Source: Malacoraja senta
Lineage: Eukaryota
Direction: 5' to 3'
NCBI GenBank assembly: GCA_038087875.1
Contig: JAXLNO010000706.1
Location: 1 to 63,752 of the forward strand
DNA length: 63,752 nucleotides
Part shown: positions 36,501 through 46,640 of the stretch, one piece after another
How the letters are laid out: each line of letters begins with the position of its first letter
How positions within the stretch are numbered: the stretch's first letter is position 1
The notes under the pieces: model-generated
What the model was told of the DNA's origin: nothing
The model's input: the letters and a program-made list of their open reading frames with translations, nothing else
Database searches by the model: none
Made by a program: the position numbers and the translations under genes

Positions 36501-38758
36501 ATATATGATTACAGTCATATTCACAAATCATATATATATATATATAGGTAACAATATATAGTTTAAATGGACTGCAACATGGAAATAGTGTAATATGGGC
36601 ATTGGACACTAGATGGCGCTTACATTCCCGATCTCATTTACTAATTAGTTTAATTAATTAATGTGCAACTTTTGGCACCGACGAGTTATGACTTCATTCT
36701 CAATTATATTTCATCTACATCTGTGGAAAATTTCATGTAGTTGCGAGACTTGGGTCACGAAAGTTGATTTCTAGACACATTTTTGATGCTCGGCCCACAG
36801 CCTAAACCAGCCAAACTTGAAGACTCAAGGAACTGCAGATGCTGGAGTCTTGAGCAAAAAAGAAAGTGCTGGAGGGACTCAGCGGGTCAGGCAGCATCTT
36901 AGTTTATGCAATTTTAGTTTAGAGATACAGCGTGGAAGCAGGCCTTTCGGCCCACCGAGTCCGTGCCGACCAGCAATCATCCCGTACACTAATACTACCC
37001 TACACACACTAGGGATCATTTTCAGAAGCCAATTAACCTGCCAACCTGCACGTTTTTGGAGTGTGGCAGGAAACTGGAGCACCCGGAGAAAACCCATACA
37101 ATCACGGGGAGAACGTACAAAACTCCCTACAAACAGCACCCGTAGTCGGGATTGAACCCGGGTCTCTGGCGCTGTGAGGCGGCAACTCTACCGCTGCACC
37201 ACCGTGCCTCTCTTCGTGGTAGGCTGGTCCAGAAGGATTAATGGTGCCATGACCATTTGGATTCAGAACTAACTTACTGATGGAAGACAGAGGGTTGTGG
37301 TGAAGAGACTCCAGCAATCCAGGAGGTAAATGGACAGATGACCTTTCGGATCGGTTCCTTTCTTCAGCCTGACAGAGGAGAGGGGAGATGGCTGGTAGAA
37401 AGCGGTGAGGGGAAGGGGTGGCGCGAGAGCTGGCAAGTGATAGATGGAAGGTAGACACAAAATGCTGGAGTAAAGGGGCTGTCCCACTGGCAGCGACCTA
37501 ATTGGCGAGTTTAGAAGAGTTTAGGAGAGTTTTGAAAAAGTGTCATGTTGAAGACCTCCTTTGACCTCCTTCGACTATGTTGAAGACTAGCTTCGACTAA
37601 CTTCGACTAGCTTCGGGAAAATTGGACACCGAATAGTGGAGAGTGAAGACGACCTCCTTCGATCTTCTTTGACCTCCCTTCGACTATGATGAAGACTATC
37701 TACGACTACCTTCAACTACCTACGACTAACATGACGACCTACTATGACCTACTACGACTAAACCTACGAGTAAAAAAAGAATCGTTTTTTTCCATGGCGA
37801 CCTTTTTTTACTCGTAGGTTTTTTCAGCATGTTGAAAAAAACGCCGCGACCTAGCTGAGGCCTCGAGTACGCGGAGACCACTCTCGAGCATGAAGGAGAG
37901 TTACAAAGACCTCTACGACCTTGTGTCGACCATGCTACGAGTATGAGTCGAGGGCAAACTCGCCAGAACTCACGGATTAGGTCACCGCAGTTCCTGATGC
38001 TGGTTTACACTGAAGATAGACACAAGACGACTTTGAAGCTGGTACGACTTGGGTAGGGGAGGGATGGAGAGAGAGGGGATGCAAGGGCTACTTGGTTAGA
38101 GTATTCAATCCTCAATGTACAGAGGGTGGTGGGTGTATAGAACGAGCTGCCAGAGGAGGTAGTCGAGGCAGGGACTATAACAATATTTAAAAGACATTTG
38201 GACAGGGACATGGATACGAAAAGTTTAAAGGGATGTAGGTCAGAAAGTGGTCAAATCGGTCTAGTGTAGATGGGTCAGCATGGATCGGTTGGGATGAAGG
38301 GCCTGTTTCCATGCTGTATAACTCTATGACTCACTGTACAAGATGCAGCGACAGTCTCTGAACATCGTTCTCACCTTCCACAGACAGCTGCGTTGGAATC
38401 AGAGATTGAAATTTCCCAACACTGAGCTCCAGGCGGCACCGGTACTTATCACTGTCCTCCTGTCTCAGTGGCTCCACCATTATCGAGGCATCTCCCTCTC
38501 TGAGGTTCCCCACGAATTTGAACCGACCTCCTCCGGCCTTCTGAGTCACTTCATCGCATCGGGGGCGGCCGGGACCGGCATATGTGCAGTTTAACACAAG
38601 GCTGTGAGGCTTTGATGACACCTTGTACCACAGCACGGAAACGGTGAGGTTGTGATCAGTGGGTGGGTGGGTGAATGTACACGGCAACACAGCGGAGGCC
38701 CCTTCCACGGCAGACACCTCATCAGCACCGGATATTGTCCAACCATTGTGTGAAAATG
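12515..38758 (-). CDS. Multi-exon IgSF inhibitory-type receptor gene (Siglec-15-like V-set + second V-set + TM + ITIM tail); frameshifted in this sequence, leader exon unresolved
   Basis: Series of AG/GT-flanked, mostly phase-1 exons: 38758-38375 (IgV1), 36356-35945 (IgV2), 32984-32889 (TM), 29239-29184, 26831-26793, 24590-24552, 21700-21624, 19083-19006, 18007-17978, 12549-12515 (stop). They are the main non-repeat islands in the region and occur in the order expected for a type I receptor. Confidence 0.85.
12970..13460 (+). mobile_element. Penelope-like element 3' fragments with hammerhead cores and 66-bp repeats
   Basis: ORF end MNIDFSNFR*; CTGAAGA-AGGGTTTCGGCCC-GAAACG at 13101-13126 and a second core near 13265. 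Confidence 0.65.
14040..16420 (+). mobile_element. CR1 LINE ORF2 fragment (EN C-terminus, RT, 3' UTR), frameshifted
   Basis: IMGDFN, SDHNMV, QHGFIKGKSCLTNL, GVPQGSVLGP, KFVDDTKL, VRPHLEYC. Confidence 0.93.
17606..17942 (+). mobile_element. HE1/V-type tRNA-derived SINE (representative of more than 10 copies)
   Basis: tRNA-like head (GGTAGAG...GGTTCCATCCC), V-domain GGTTTCCTCCCACACTCCAAAGAC, (CTAAA)n-like tail. Other copies near 12715-12935, 23505-23820, 25745-26060, 31086-31434, 33130-33450, 36900-37208, 40650-40905, 47150-47445. Confidence 0.85.
17978..18007 (-). CDS. Cytoplasmic exon GGQKPEAANS
   Basis: ttctccttcacttccag|GTGGGC...AACTCAG|gtgaga, 30 nt, phase 1-1. Confidence 0.75.
18301..18857 (+). 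mobile_element. Short LTR (TG...CA, 18301-18831) plus tRNA-Leu-complementary tract, interrupted by a MITE
   Basis: TGTAG...CAACA with an internal AATAAA, followed by TGGTGTCAGAA...; the duplicated partial copy (about 21327-21473) has TGGTGTCAGAAGTGGGATTCGAACCCA. Confidence 0.75.
18390..18718. mobile_element. PIF/Harbinger-like MITE
   Basis: TIR GCCCTGTCCCACGGTACG / CGTACCATGGGACAGGGC, TTA TSD; the empty site gattcctttagtgtaag is seen at 21328-21344. Confidence 0.85.
19006..19083 (-). CDS. Cytoplasmic exon DQAESCTYASINISAGKAKKPQADVE (ITIM-like TYASI)
   Basis: gtgtgctttacag|ATCAAGCT...GTTGAAG|gtacac, 78 nt, phase 1-1; YxxI motif. Confidence 0.8.
19329..20705 (+). mobile_element. Non-autonomous Helitron
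   Basis: a|TCTATATTACTAAAAG 5' end; 3' hairpin GGGACCC-cac-GGGTCCC (20678-20694) then CTAA|t (CTAG variant); internal ~30-bp and 20-bp minisatellites and a duplicated 5' block. Confidence 0.8.
21624..21700 (-). pseudogene. Duplicated tyrosine-motif exon with a 1-bp deletion
   Basis: Copy of 19006-19083 with intact ag/gt but 77 nt (plus strand gctgcgta vs gctggcgta). Reads DQAESCTYAALTSAMGKRRSRRQMMK. Confidence 0.75.
21769..22160. repeat. 66-bp tandem repeat (about 6 copies), Penelope-associated
   Basis: Unit agtgctggagtaactcagcgggtcaggcagcatctgtggagaacatggataggtgacgtttcacag; shorter arrays near 13300, 19150, 22790 and 25030. Confidence 0.9.
24552..24590 (-). CDS. Cytoplasmic exon ERYNNVVSNNGEA (copy 2)
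   Basis: Duplicate of 26793-26831 at an offset of 2241 bp; same splice sites, one synonymous difference. Confidence 0.75.
26793..26831 (-). CDS. Cytoplasmic exon ERYNNVVSNNGEA (copy 1)
   Basis: tttgtgttacag|AGCGTTACAAC...GAGGCAG|gtaagc, 39 nt, phase 1-1, contains YxN. Confidence 0.75.
28113..28888 (+). mobile_element. Solo LTR inserted in a SINE
   Basis: TGTTAAT...ATTACA termini, 4-bp TSD CATG/CACG, TATAAAA near 28640, AATAAA near 28807; the SINE resumes on both sides. Confidence 0.8.
29184..29239 (-). CDS. Cytoplasmic exon (probably phase 2-1, SAASADVTGRGQQLQCDS)
   Basis: Strong acceptor ttcctctctctgtag, donor CAG|gtactg, unique sequence. The phase-1 exit matches the next exon, but the entry phase needs an intervening exon that I could not resolve. 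Confidence 0.6.
30160..30830. repeat. C-rich minisatellite (CCCCTCACCCACT-like units)
   Basis: Degenerate 15-20 bp units, G-rich on the minus strand. Confidence 0.95.
31972..32156. mobile_element. PIF/Harbinger-like MITE
   Basis: TGGGCCTGTCCAACTTAGG...CCTAAGTGGGACAGGCCCA with TAA TSD. Confidence 0.85.
32889..32984 (-). CDS. Exon: transmembrane segment
   Basis: ctgttttacag|GGACACCC...AAAGGAG|gtgagt, 96 nt, phase 1-1. GTPIHPSMYILPILFLLLILCILLIIILWKKG: uncharged hydrophobic helix followed by WKK stop-transfer. Confidence 0.9.
33548..34044. mobile_element. PIF/Harbinger-like MITE with long inverted arms
   Basis: TAA TSD; arms of about 130 bp are reverse complements; interrupts a CR1 GNYRPVSL coding stretch. 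Confidence 0.85.
35945..36356 (-). CDS. Exon: second V-set Ig domain with a +1 frameshift
   Basis: ccttccctcag|ATCCCGGC...GAGGATG|gtaagg, 412 nt (411+1). N-half DPGGNVSVVTGTEGGLATLPCVY...TWMRK...RFELVG is in ORF 35971-36375. C-half DTEQGNASTRIEQLRVEDSHGYLCLVEF...VQLQLRED is in ORF 35913-36197. The frames join if the G5 run (plus-strand C5, 36146-36150) is G4. Confidence 0.9.
37474..37991. mobile_element. Harbinger-like MITE, right end truncated
   Basis: taa|AGGGGCTGTCCCACTG start, internal CGACT/GACCT repeats, central CAGCATGTTGAAAA motif. Confidence 0.7.
38375..38758 (-). CDS. Exon: N-terminal V-set Ig domain, Siglec-15-like
   Basis: ctctctctag|CATTTTCAC...GTGGAAG|gtgaga, 384 nt, phase 1-1. 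Translates AFSHNGWTISGADEVSAVEGASAVLPCTFTHP...VLWYK...NCTY...RCDE...GRFKFVGNLREGDASIMVEPLRQEDSDKYRCRLEL...TQLSVE, with B-strand Cys, C-strand Trp and the DxxxYxC motif. Confidence 0.93.
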
Positions 38759-39574
38759 CTAGAGAGAGAGGGAGAGAGGGAGAGAGGTGAACATTAGAAC
38801 AACAGGGGGAAGAAACACAGGTTCCAGAGCCACGCTGCGCTTGGACTGGAGTCACAAGTGGCACCACCAGTTGTCGTTGGTACTGATTTACACATCAACG
38901 CAGGGGAGTGGGTTACAGCCAGCAACAATGTCCCAGAGGAAGGAACTCAGCAGGTCAGGCACCATCTGCGGAGGCAATGAAGAGGAGGCATTTTAGGTTG
39001 GGGCCCTTCTTCAGACAGATGGCAGTTGGCTGGAGGAGATGGAGAAAGTTGATAAAGAGAAGTGGGGGCAAGTGAAGAAGGGTCCCGACCCTTGAAAACA
39101 CGGACCACCAGACTCAGGGACAGGTTCTTCCCCTCTGTTATCAGACTACTGCCCGCGTTTGGCCCATTTCTCTCTAAACCTATCCAATCCATGTACCCTT
39201 TCCAAGTGCCTCTTTAACATTACGATAGTACCTGCCTCAACTACCTCCTCCAGCAGCTCGTGTCTTACACCCACCACCCTTTGTGTAAAAACGTTACCCC
39301 TCAGGTATCTGTTAAATCGTTCCCCGCTCACCTTAAACCTATGTCCTCTGGTTCTCGATTCCCCATACTCTGGGTAAAAGACTCTGCATTTATCCTATCT
39401 ATCCATTTCATGATCTTGTACACATCTATAAGATCCTCCTGCGCTCCATTGAAATAAAGTCCTAGTCTGCCCAACCTCTCCCTGAAGCTCAGACCCTCGA
39501 GTCCTGGCAAAATCCTCGAGAATCTTCTCTGCATCCTTTCCAGCTTGACAACATCTTCCCCATAATATGGTGAC

Positions 39575-40367
39575 TGTTGGAGCCATTAAGCTTAAGTAAG
39601 TTTACCATAGTCGTGTCTAGTTACCTTTAGTTATTATCTGCCTGTGTTAATGTGGGTGGGATTTTATACCTAGTCTGGGGCGCAGGGGCGTGTTTTTGGC
39701 TGGAGGATTCTGGCGCGGGCTCTCAGATGAGTAGTTTTAGTTTGATGTCAGGGATGAGTTTTCTACCATGGCCACGAGCATATAATAATAATAATAATAA
39801 TAATAAATCCTTTATTTCGAACAGACTAAGAAATAAAAAGCAAGTATGAATCAGCATACAAAAAACAAAAAAGACAAAATAAGAATATTTATAAAGTATC
39901 TTAAACAATATTTATAAATAAATGAATCGTATGTGTCCGAAAAGGAGCAGGAAGAAGCCAAAGCTTATTAATTCCCACCCCTTATAATTATCTTATACAA
40001 ATTTAGCAGCTACAGTATAAACACCTATTTCCCTATGTACAGCAAATTATTTACATTTATACACTAATCAAATATTTACATGATTGGGACATAGATATAT
40101 GTAGTCAGACGATTTACAAGAAGAACTTTTTATGATTTATATGACCTGAATGGAATGAAGATTAAGAACGGAAAATGATGAGTTATTTCATTGTTTTGTA
40201 TTACCTCAATAAAGAGGCGATGAATCAAGAGACTACTTCTGGTAGATTCATCTTTGCTGTTTCAAATGTGTCGTGGAGTGCGTGAGACTACTTTTTCTAA
40301 TCATCCCCCAACAAATTAGTGGCTATCGAAGGTTGAACTTTGAGAAGTTGTAAACACCGCCATGACA
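39575..40367 (+). mobile_element. Solo LTR (BEL/Pao-like, 5-bp TSD) with a nested LINE 3' end
   Basis: TGTTGG...CA flanked by GTGAC (39570-39574 and 40368-40372); AATAAA near 40208; nested reverse-oriented (TAA)n-tailed fragment at about 39783-40080. Confidence 0.7.
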
Positions 40368-40585
40368 GTGACCAAAACATGTGTAGTATGATCGGGCTGG
40401 ATAGCATGCAAGCAAAGTTTGTCACTGTATCTCCATGCTTGTGTCAATAATAAACCGATACCAATGCTCACAGTCAGGTTCCAACCCAAAACGTTCCCCG
40501 TTCCTTTTCTCCAGAGATGCTGCCTAATCCGCTGAGTTACCCCAGCACTTTGTGTCTATGCCCAAAGTCACGTCTGGTTTTGTAC

Positions 40586-40631
40586 CTTGAGCGACCTTGG
40601 TAATGATGTCGAACCAAATTGTTGATTCAGA
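40586..40631 (-). CDS. Possible leader-peptide exon remnant (SESTIWFDIITKVAQ)
   Basis: Unique sequence ending CAAG|gtacaa in phase 1, compatible with the IgV1 exon. Only weakly signal-peptide-like, no ATG, and it abuts a SINE. Confidence 0.3.
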
Positions 40632-41099
40632 CTGCGAATAGCTGGGTCTCACAGCGCCACAGACCCTGGTTCGATCCCGACTCTCCGTACGGAGTTTTTA
40701 CTTTCTCCCTGTGACTGCGTGGGTTTTCTCCGGGTGCTCCGGTTTCCTCCCACACATCCAAAGGTGTTTGGCTGGTTAATTGGCCTCGGTAAAATTGAAA
40801 ATTGTCCCTGGTGTGTAGGATAGAACCAGTGTACGGGGTGATCGCAGGTTGGCGCGGACTCGGTGGGCCAAAGGGACTATTTCCGTGCTGTATGTTTAAA
40901 GTCTAAATATGGTCCTGGCATCCTGTTTGGCACAGGTATTGTGGGGCGAAGGGCCGTGTTTGTGCTGTACTGTTCTACCAGGTATGTTCTAAGACCGTGG
41001 CATCTAGAGTGTTGCGAGGTTTACAGAAGTGGTTGGGTTGGGTTCAAAAGTTCCTCCCAGAACAGGTGACAGGGGCAGGGCAGCTGTAATACCAGTGGT

Positions 41100-41170
41100 T
41101 CCCGATTTCTGAGAATTTCTTTTCAACATTGCTTCCGCCTCTCTCGCCTCCTTATATGAGTCAGCACCAC
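41100..41170 (-). promoter_or_regulatory. Candidate promoter/enhancer of the receptor gene
   Basis: Non-repeat island with AP-1 TGAGTCA (41157-41163), minus-strand TATAA (41152-41156), ETS-like GGAAG (41132-41136) and STAT GAS TTCTGAGAA (41107-41115). Confidence 0.4.
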
Positions 41171-41544
41171 TCTTTAATGTGAGAAACAGTTTGGAGAAGG
41201 GTTACGACCTGAAAAACTTCACCTCTCCATGTTCCCCAGAGATTCTGCCTGACTCACTGAGTTACTCCAGCACTCTGTGTCAATTTTTGAACCAATTACT
41301 TATTGTATTCAGTATCCCCAAGCCCTTCAGCTGAACTTGTGCTTGTCGGTCAAGAACTCTATCTGAGCTTTTAGTTTAATTTATTCTCACGTGTAACGAT
41401 GCACAGTGAAAATCGTTTTTGTTGCGTGCTATCCAGTCAGCAGATGGACTGTACATGATTACAATCGAGCCGTCCACAGTGTACAGATACAGGATAAAGG
41501 AAATAACATTTAGTGCAAGATAAGTCAGCGAAATCAGATTTAAA

Positions 41545-41850
41545 AGGGCCTGTCCCACTGTACGAGGTAATTCAAGAGTTCTCCCGAGTTTGCCCTGATT
41601 CGAACTCGGAGAATTACGGTAGTGGTCGCTCATAGGTACTCGGGGCTCTCGTGGACATTTTTCACACTGTTGAAAAAACGTCACGAGTTTACCGCGTTTC
41701 CCGAGTACCTGCCGTTAGCGTTACGAGCCGCCAAGAGACATCCTGAGCTCCGACGTACCCGCTATGTACATTCTACGTACTTGCCACGAGTTTGATTTTT
41801 TAAAAACTCGGGAGAGCTCTTGAATTACCTCGTACAGTGGGACAGGCCCT
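41545..41850. mobile_element. Harbinger-like MITE
   Basis: AGGGCCTGTCCCACTGTACGAGG / CCTCGTACAGTGGGACAGGCCCT TIRs. Confidence 0.85.
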
Positions 41851-41994
41851 TAAAATAGTCTGAGGAACTCCAATAAAGTAGATGGGAGGTCAAGGCCGTT
41901 CTCTAGTTGGCGAGAGGACAGTTCAGTTGCCGGATGTCCCATCGCTATCCCATTTACCTGCGTTTGGCCCATATTACACCCCCCCCCAAACATC

Positions 41995-42750
41995 GACAGA
42001 TGCATGGTAGAGAGAACACTGTCGGGTTGCATCACAGCCTGGGTTGGGAACAGGAGGATCGCAAGAAATCGCACAGTTGTAGATGGAGCCCAGTCCATCA
42101 CACAGACCACACTCCCCACCATTGTGGATGTAGCCCAGTCCATCACACAGACCACACTCCCCACCATTGTAGATGTAGCCCAGTCCATCACACAGACCAC
42201 ACTCCCCACCATTGTAGATGTAGCCCAGTCCGTCACACAGACCACACTCCCCACCATCGTAGATGTAGCCCAGTCCATCACACAGACCACACTCCCCACC
42301 ATCGACTCCATTTACACTTCACGTTGCCTCTGGAAAGCAGCCGACATAATCAAAGACGTGTCCCTGTCCCACCCCGGTCATTCCTTCTTCTCCCCGCTCC
42401 CGTCCGGCAGAAGGTACAGAAGCTTGAAAGCGCGCAACACCAGACTCAGGAACAGCTTCTTCCCCTCTGTTATCAGGTTACTGAACGGTCCTTCCATAAG
42501 CTAGGATACTGTGTGATTCACCTCTACCCCATTGTGGACATTGGACTTTGTCTGTGGAACTGATGCGCTACAATGCTGAGAACTATATTATGCACTCTGT
42601 ATCTTCCCCTTTGCTCCACCTATTGTACTTGAGTTTGACTTGGTTGTATTTATGTGTGGTATTATCTGATCTGTTTGGATAGCGTGAAAAACAAAGCTTT
42701 TCACTGTACCCCAGTACACGTGACAATAGTAAACTTAAACCTAAACATAA
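41995..42750 (+). mobile_element. Rex/Babar-type LINE 3' fragment with an internal 45-bp x5 tandem expansion (42078-42303)
   Basis: LSGCITAW...(TIVDVAQSITQTTLP)n...SPLPSGRRYRSLKARNTRLRNSFFPSVIRLLN. Confidence 0.85.
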
Positions 42751-42944
42751 GGAACTCTCATGCTAAGGATGTTCTTCCCAAACTTCTAATCTACCTCAGT
42801 GCAACTTAGCTCTAGAGTAATGGAGTCAAAATGGAGTCGGACAGCAGGGAAACTGGCCCTTCTGCCCAACTTGTCCATGTCGACCAGGTGCCATTCTGCA
42901 TTGGCCCATTTGCCCCAGTTCCCTCTAAACCTTTCCTATCTGTA

Positions 42945-43270
42945 TCTATCTGGGTGTAGGAGCCATGACTAATGAAGTCATTGATGTAACTGAGAACGTG
43001 TTGTGGAGTGATACTGTAGAAGGTTTGGAGCAGGGAGAGTTTCACAGAGCCATTGTAAAGGCAGGCGTAGCTAAGGCCCACACCAGTGCCCATGTTTACA
43101 CCTTTGATTTGTAGAAAGTGAGAGGAGAAGAAAGAGAAGTTGTTGGGCTGAGAACAAGTTCTGCTGGGTGGATGAGAGTGCTGGCTGACCGTGGAGAGAG
43201 AGGAGCCGGTTGGATCTCTGTTTCAGAAGAAAGCGGACAGTTTTAAGACCTTCCTGACGGCGGATGGAGG
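42945..43270 (-). mobile_element. Degenerate Penelope-like RT fragment
   Basis: MGTGVGLSYACLYNG...LSYINDFI resembles the PLE RT motifs MG...PSYACLF and RYIDD. Confidence 0.7.
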
Positions 43271-43529
43271 CTTTGGTTTAAAGATACAGCATGTAAACAG
43301 GCCCTGCAGCCCACGCCGACCAACGATCAGCTGTTTGCACTAATTCTACGTTATCCAACTAGACAAATAACCTATAAACCTGCACGTTTTGGAGGTGGGA
43401 ACCCACAGGGAGAACGTACAAACACCGTTCACGGACGTCAACCAAATTCAAGATGGAACCCGTGTCTCTGGTGCTGTGAGGCAGCAGCTCGACCGGCTGC
43501 ACCACTGTGCCACCGTATATCCCTGGTGA

Positions 43530-45905
43530 CCATAGAAACATAGAAACATAGAAAATAGATGCAGGAATAGGCCATTCGGCCCTTCGAGCCTGCACCGCCA
43601 TTCAATATGATCATGGCTGATCATCCAACTCAGTATCCTGTACCTGCCTTCTCTCCATACCCCCTGATCCCTTTAGCCACAAGGGCCACATCTAACTCCC
43701 TCTTAAATATAGCGAATGAACTGGCCTCAACCACCTTCTGTGGCAGAGAATTCCACAGATTCACCACTCTGTGTTAAAAATGTTTTTCTCATCTCGGTCC
43801 TAAAAGACTTCTCCCTTATCCTTAAACTGTGACCCCTTGTTCTGGACTTCCTCAACATCGGGAACAATCTTCCTGCATCTAGCCTGTCCAACCCCTTAAG
43901 AATTTTGTAAGTTTCTATAAGGTACCCCCTCAATCTTCTAAATTCTAACGAGTACAAGCCGAGTCCATGCAGTCTCTCTTCATATGAAAGTCCTGACATC
44001 CCAGGAATCAGTCTGGTGAACCTTCTCTGTACTCCCTCTATGGCGAGAATGTCTTTCCTCAGATTAGGAGACCAAAACTGTACGCAATACTCCAGGTGTG
44101 GTCTCACCAAGACCCTGTACAACTGCAGTAGAACCTCCCTGCTTCTATACTCAAATCCTTTTGCTATGAATGCTAACATACCATTCACTTTCTTCACTGC
44201 CTGCTGCACCTGCATGCCTACTTTCAATGACAGGTGTACCATGACATCCAGGTCTCGTTGCATCTCCCCTTTTCCTAATCGGCCACCATTCAGTTAATAG
44301 TCAACTTTCCTGTTTTTGCCACCAAAGTGGATAACCTCACATTTATCCACATTATACTGCATCTGCCATGCATTTTCCCACTCACCCAACCTATCCAAGT
44401 CACCTTGCAGCCTCCTAGCATCCTCCTCACAGCTGACACTGCCCCCCTGCTTCGTGTCATCCGCAAACTTGGAAATGTTGCATTCAATTCCCTCGTCCAA
44501 ATCATTAATATATATCGTAAATAGCTGGGGTCCCAGCACTGAGCCTTGCGGTACCCCACTAATCACTGCCTGCCATTCTGAAAAGGACCCGTTTACTCCT
44601 ACTCTTTGCTTCCTGTCTGCCAGCCAGTTCTCTATCCACATCAATACTGAACCCCCAATAATGTGTGCTTTAAGTTTGCATACTAATCTCTTATGTGGGA
44701 CCTTGTCGAAAGCCTTCTGAAAGTCCAGATATAACCCATCCACTGGTTCTCCCTTATCCACTCTACTAGTTACATCCTCGAAAAATTCTATAAGATTCGT
44801 CAGACATGATTTACCTTTCATAAATCCATGCTGACTTTGTCCAATGATTTCACCACTTTCCAAATGTGCTGCTATCCCATCTTTAATAACTGACTAGTAG
44901 TTTCCCCACTGCCGATGTTAGACTAACTGGTCTTTAATTCCCCGTTTTCTCTCTCCCTCCCTTTTTAAAAAGTGGGGTTACATAAGCTACCCTCCAATCC
45001 TCAGGAACTACTCCAGAATCTAAAGAGTTTTGAAAGATTATCACTAATGCATCCACTATTTCTGGGGCTACTTCCTTAAGTACTCTGGGATGCAGCCTAT
45101 CTGGCCCTGGGGATTTATCGGCCTTTAATCCATTCAATTTACCTAACACCACTTCCCGGCTAACCTGGATTTCACTCAGTTCCTCCATCTCATTTGACCC
45201 CCGGTCCCCTGCTATTTCCGGCAGATTATTTATGTCTTCCTTAGTGAAGACAGAGCCAAAGTAGTTATTCAATTGGTCTGCCATGTCCTTGTTCCCCATG
45301 ATCAATTCACCTGTTTCTGACTGCAAGGGACCTACATTTGTTTTAACTAATCTTTTTCTCTTCACATATCTATAAAAACTTTTGCAATCAGTTTTTATGT
45401 TCCCTGCCAGTTTTCTTTCATAATCTATTTCCCCTTTCCTAATTAAGCCATTTGTCCTCCTCTGCTGGACTCTGAATTTCTCCCAGTCCTCTGGTAGGTT
45501 GCTTTTTCTGGCTAATTTGTATGCTTCATCTTTTGTTTTGATACTATCCCTGATTTCCCTTGTTATCCACGGATGCACTACCTTCCCTGATTTATTCTTT
45601 TGCCAAACTGGGATGAACAATTGTTGTAGTTCATCCATGCAGTCTTTAAATGCCTCCCATTGCATATCCACCATCAACCCTTTGAGAATCAATTGCCAGT
45701 CTATCTTGGCCAATTCACGTCTCATACCCTCAAAGTTACCTTTCTTTAAGTTCAGAACCCTTGTTTCTGAATTAATTATGTCACTCTCAATCCTAATGAA
45801 GAACTCAACCATATTATGGTCACTCTTGCCCAAGGGGCCACGCTAACTAACCCTTCCTCATTACTCAATACCCAGTCTAGAATAGCCTGCTCTCTCGTTG
45901 GTTCG
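43530..45905 (-). mobile_element. CR1 LINE, 5'-truncated ORF2 plus 3' UTR
   Basis: ORFs 44934-45833, 44294-44863 and 43727-44263 carry the RT motifs (FADD); (CTATGTTT)n tail. Confidence 0.95.
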
Positions 45906-46049
45906 TGGGAGGGGGACGCGGTGGGAGAATTTGACGATGTCGAAATGGTGGAAGGCATGTGAAGTATCCTGCATTTAGTTGGTATCGATCTGCTGGTATT
46001 GGTACTTATCTCTCCTGGTCCCTGAACACTGATGCAATCATAAAGTAAG

Positions 46050-46640
46050 CACATCAGCGCCTCTACTTCCTGAGAAGATTACGGAGAGTTGGTATGTCAA
46101 GGAGGACTCTCTCTAACTTCTACAGGTGCACAGTAGAGAGCATGCTGACCGGTTGCATCATGGCTTGGTTCGGCAACTTGAGCGCCCAGGAGCAGAAAAG
46201 GCCACAAAAAGTAGTAAACACTGCCCAGTCCATCATTGGCTCTGACCTCCCTACCATCGAGGGGATCTATCGCAGTCGCTGCCTCAAAAAGGCTGCCAGC
46301 ATCATCAAGGACCCACACCATCCTGGCCACTCACTCATCTCCCCGCTGCCTTCAGGTAGATGGTACAGGAGCCTGAAGACTGCAACGTCCAGGTTCAGGA
46401 ATAGCTACTTCCCCAAAGCCATCAGACTATTAAACACAACTTCAAACAAACTCTGAACTATAACAGCCTATTGCACTTTATCTGTTTATTTATGTGTGTG
46501 TATATATATATTCTATGGTATATGGACACACTGATCTGATCTGTATTTATGCCTACAATATTCTGTTGTGCTGCAGCAAAGCAAGAATTTCATTGTCCTA
46601 TCTGGGACACATGACAATAAACTCTCTTGACTTGACTTGT
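46050..46640 (+). mobile_element. Rex/Babar-type LINE 3' fragment
   Basis: FYRCTVESMLTGCIMAWFGN...LPSGRWYRS...AIRLLN; (CTTGA)n tail. Confidence 0.85.

Noticed and set aside
36603..36620. CTCF-like motif TGGACACTAGATGGCGCT
   Set aside because: A single motif inside an AT-rich, probably transposon-derived stretch; function cannot be supported from sequence alone.
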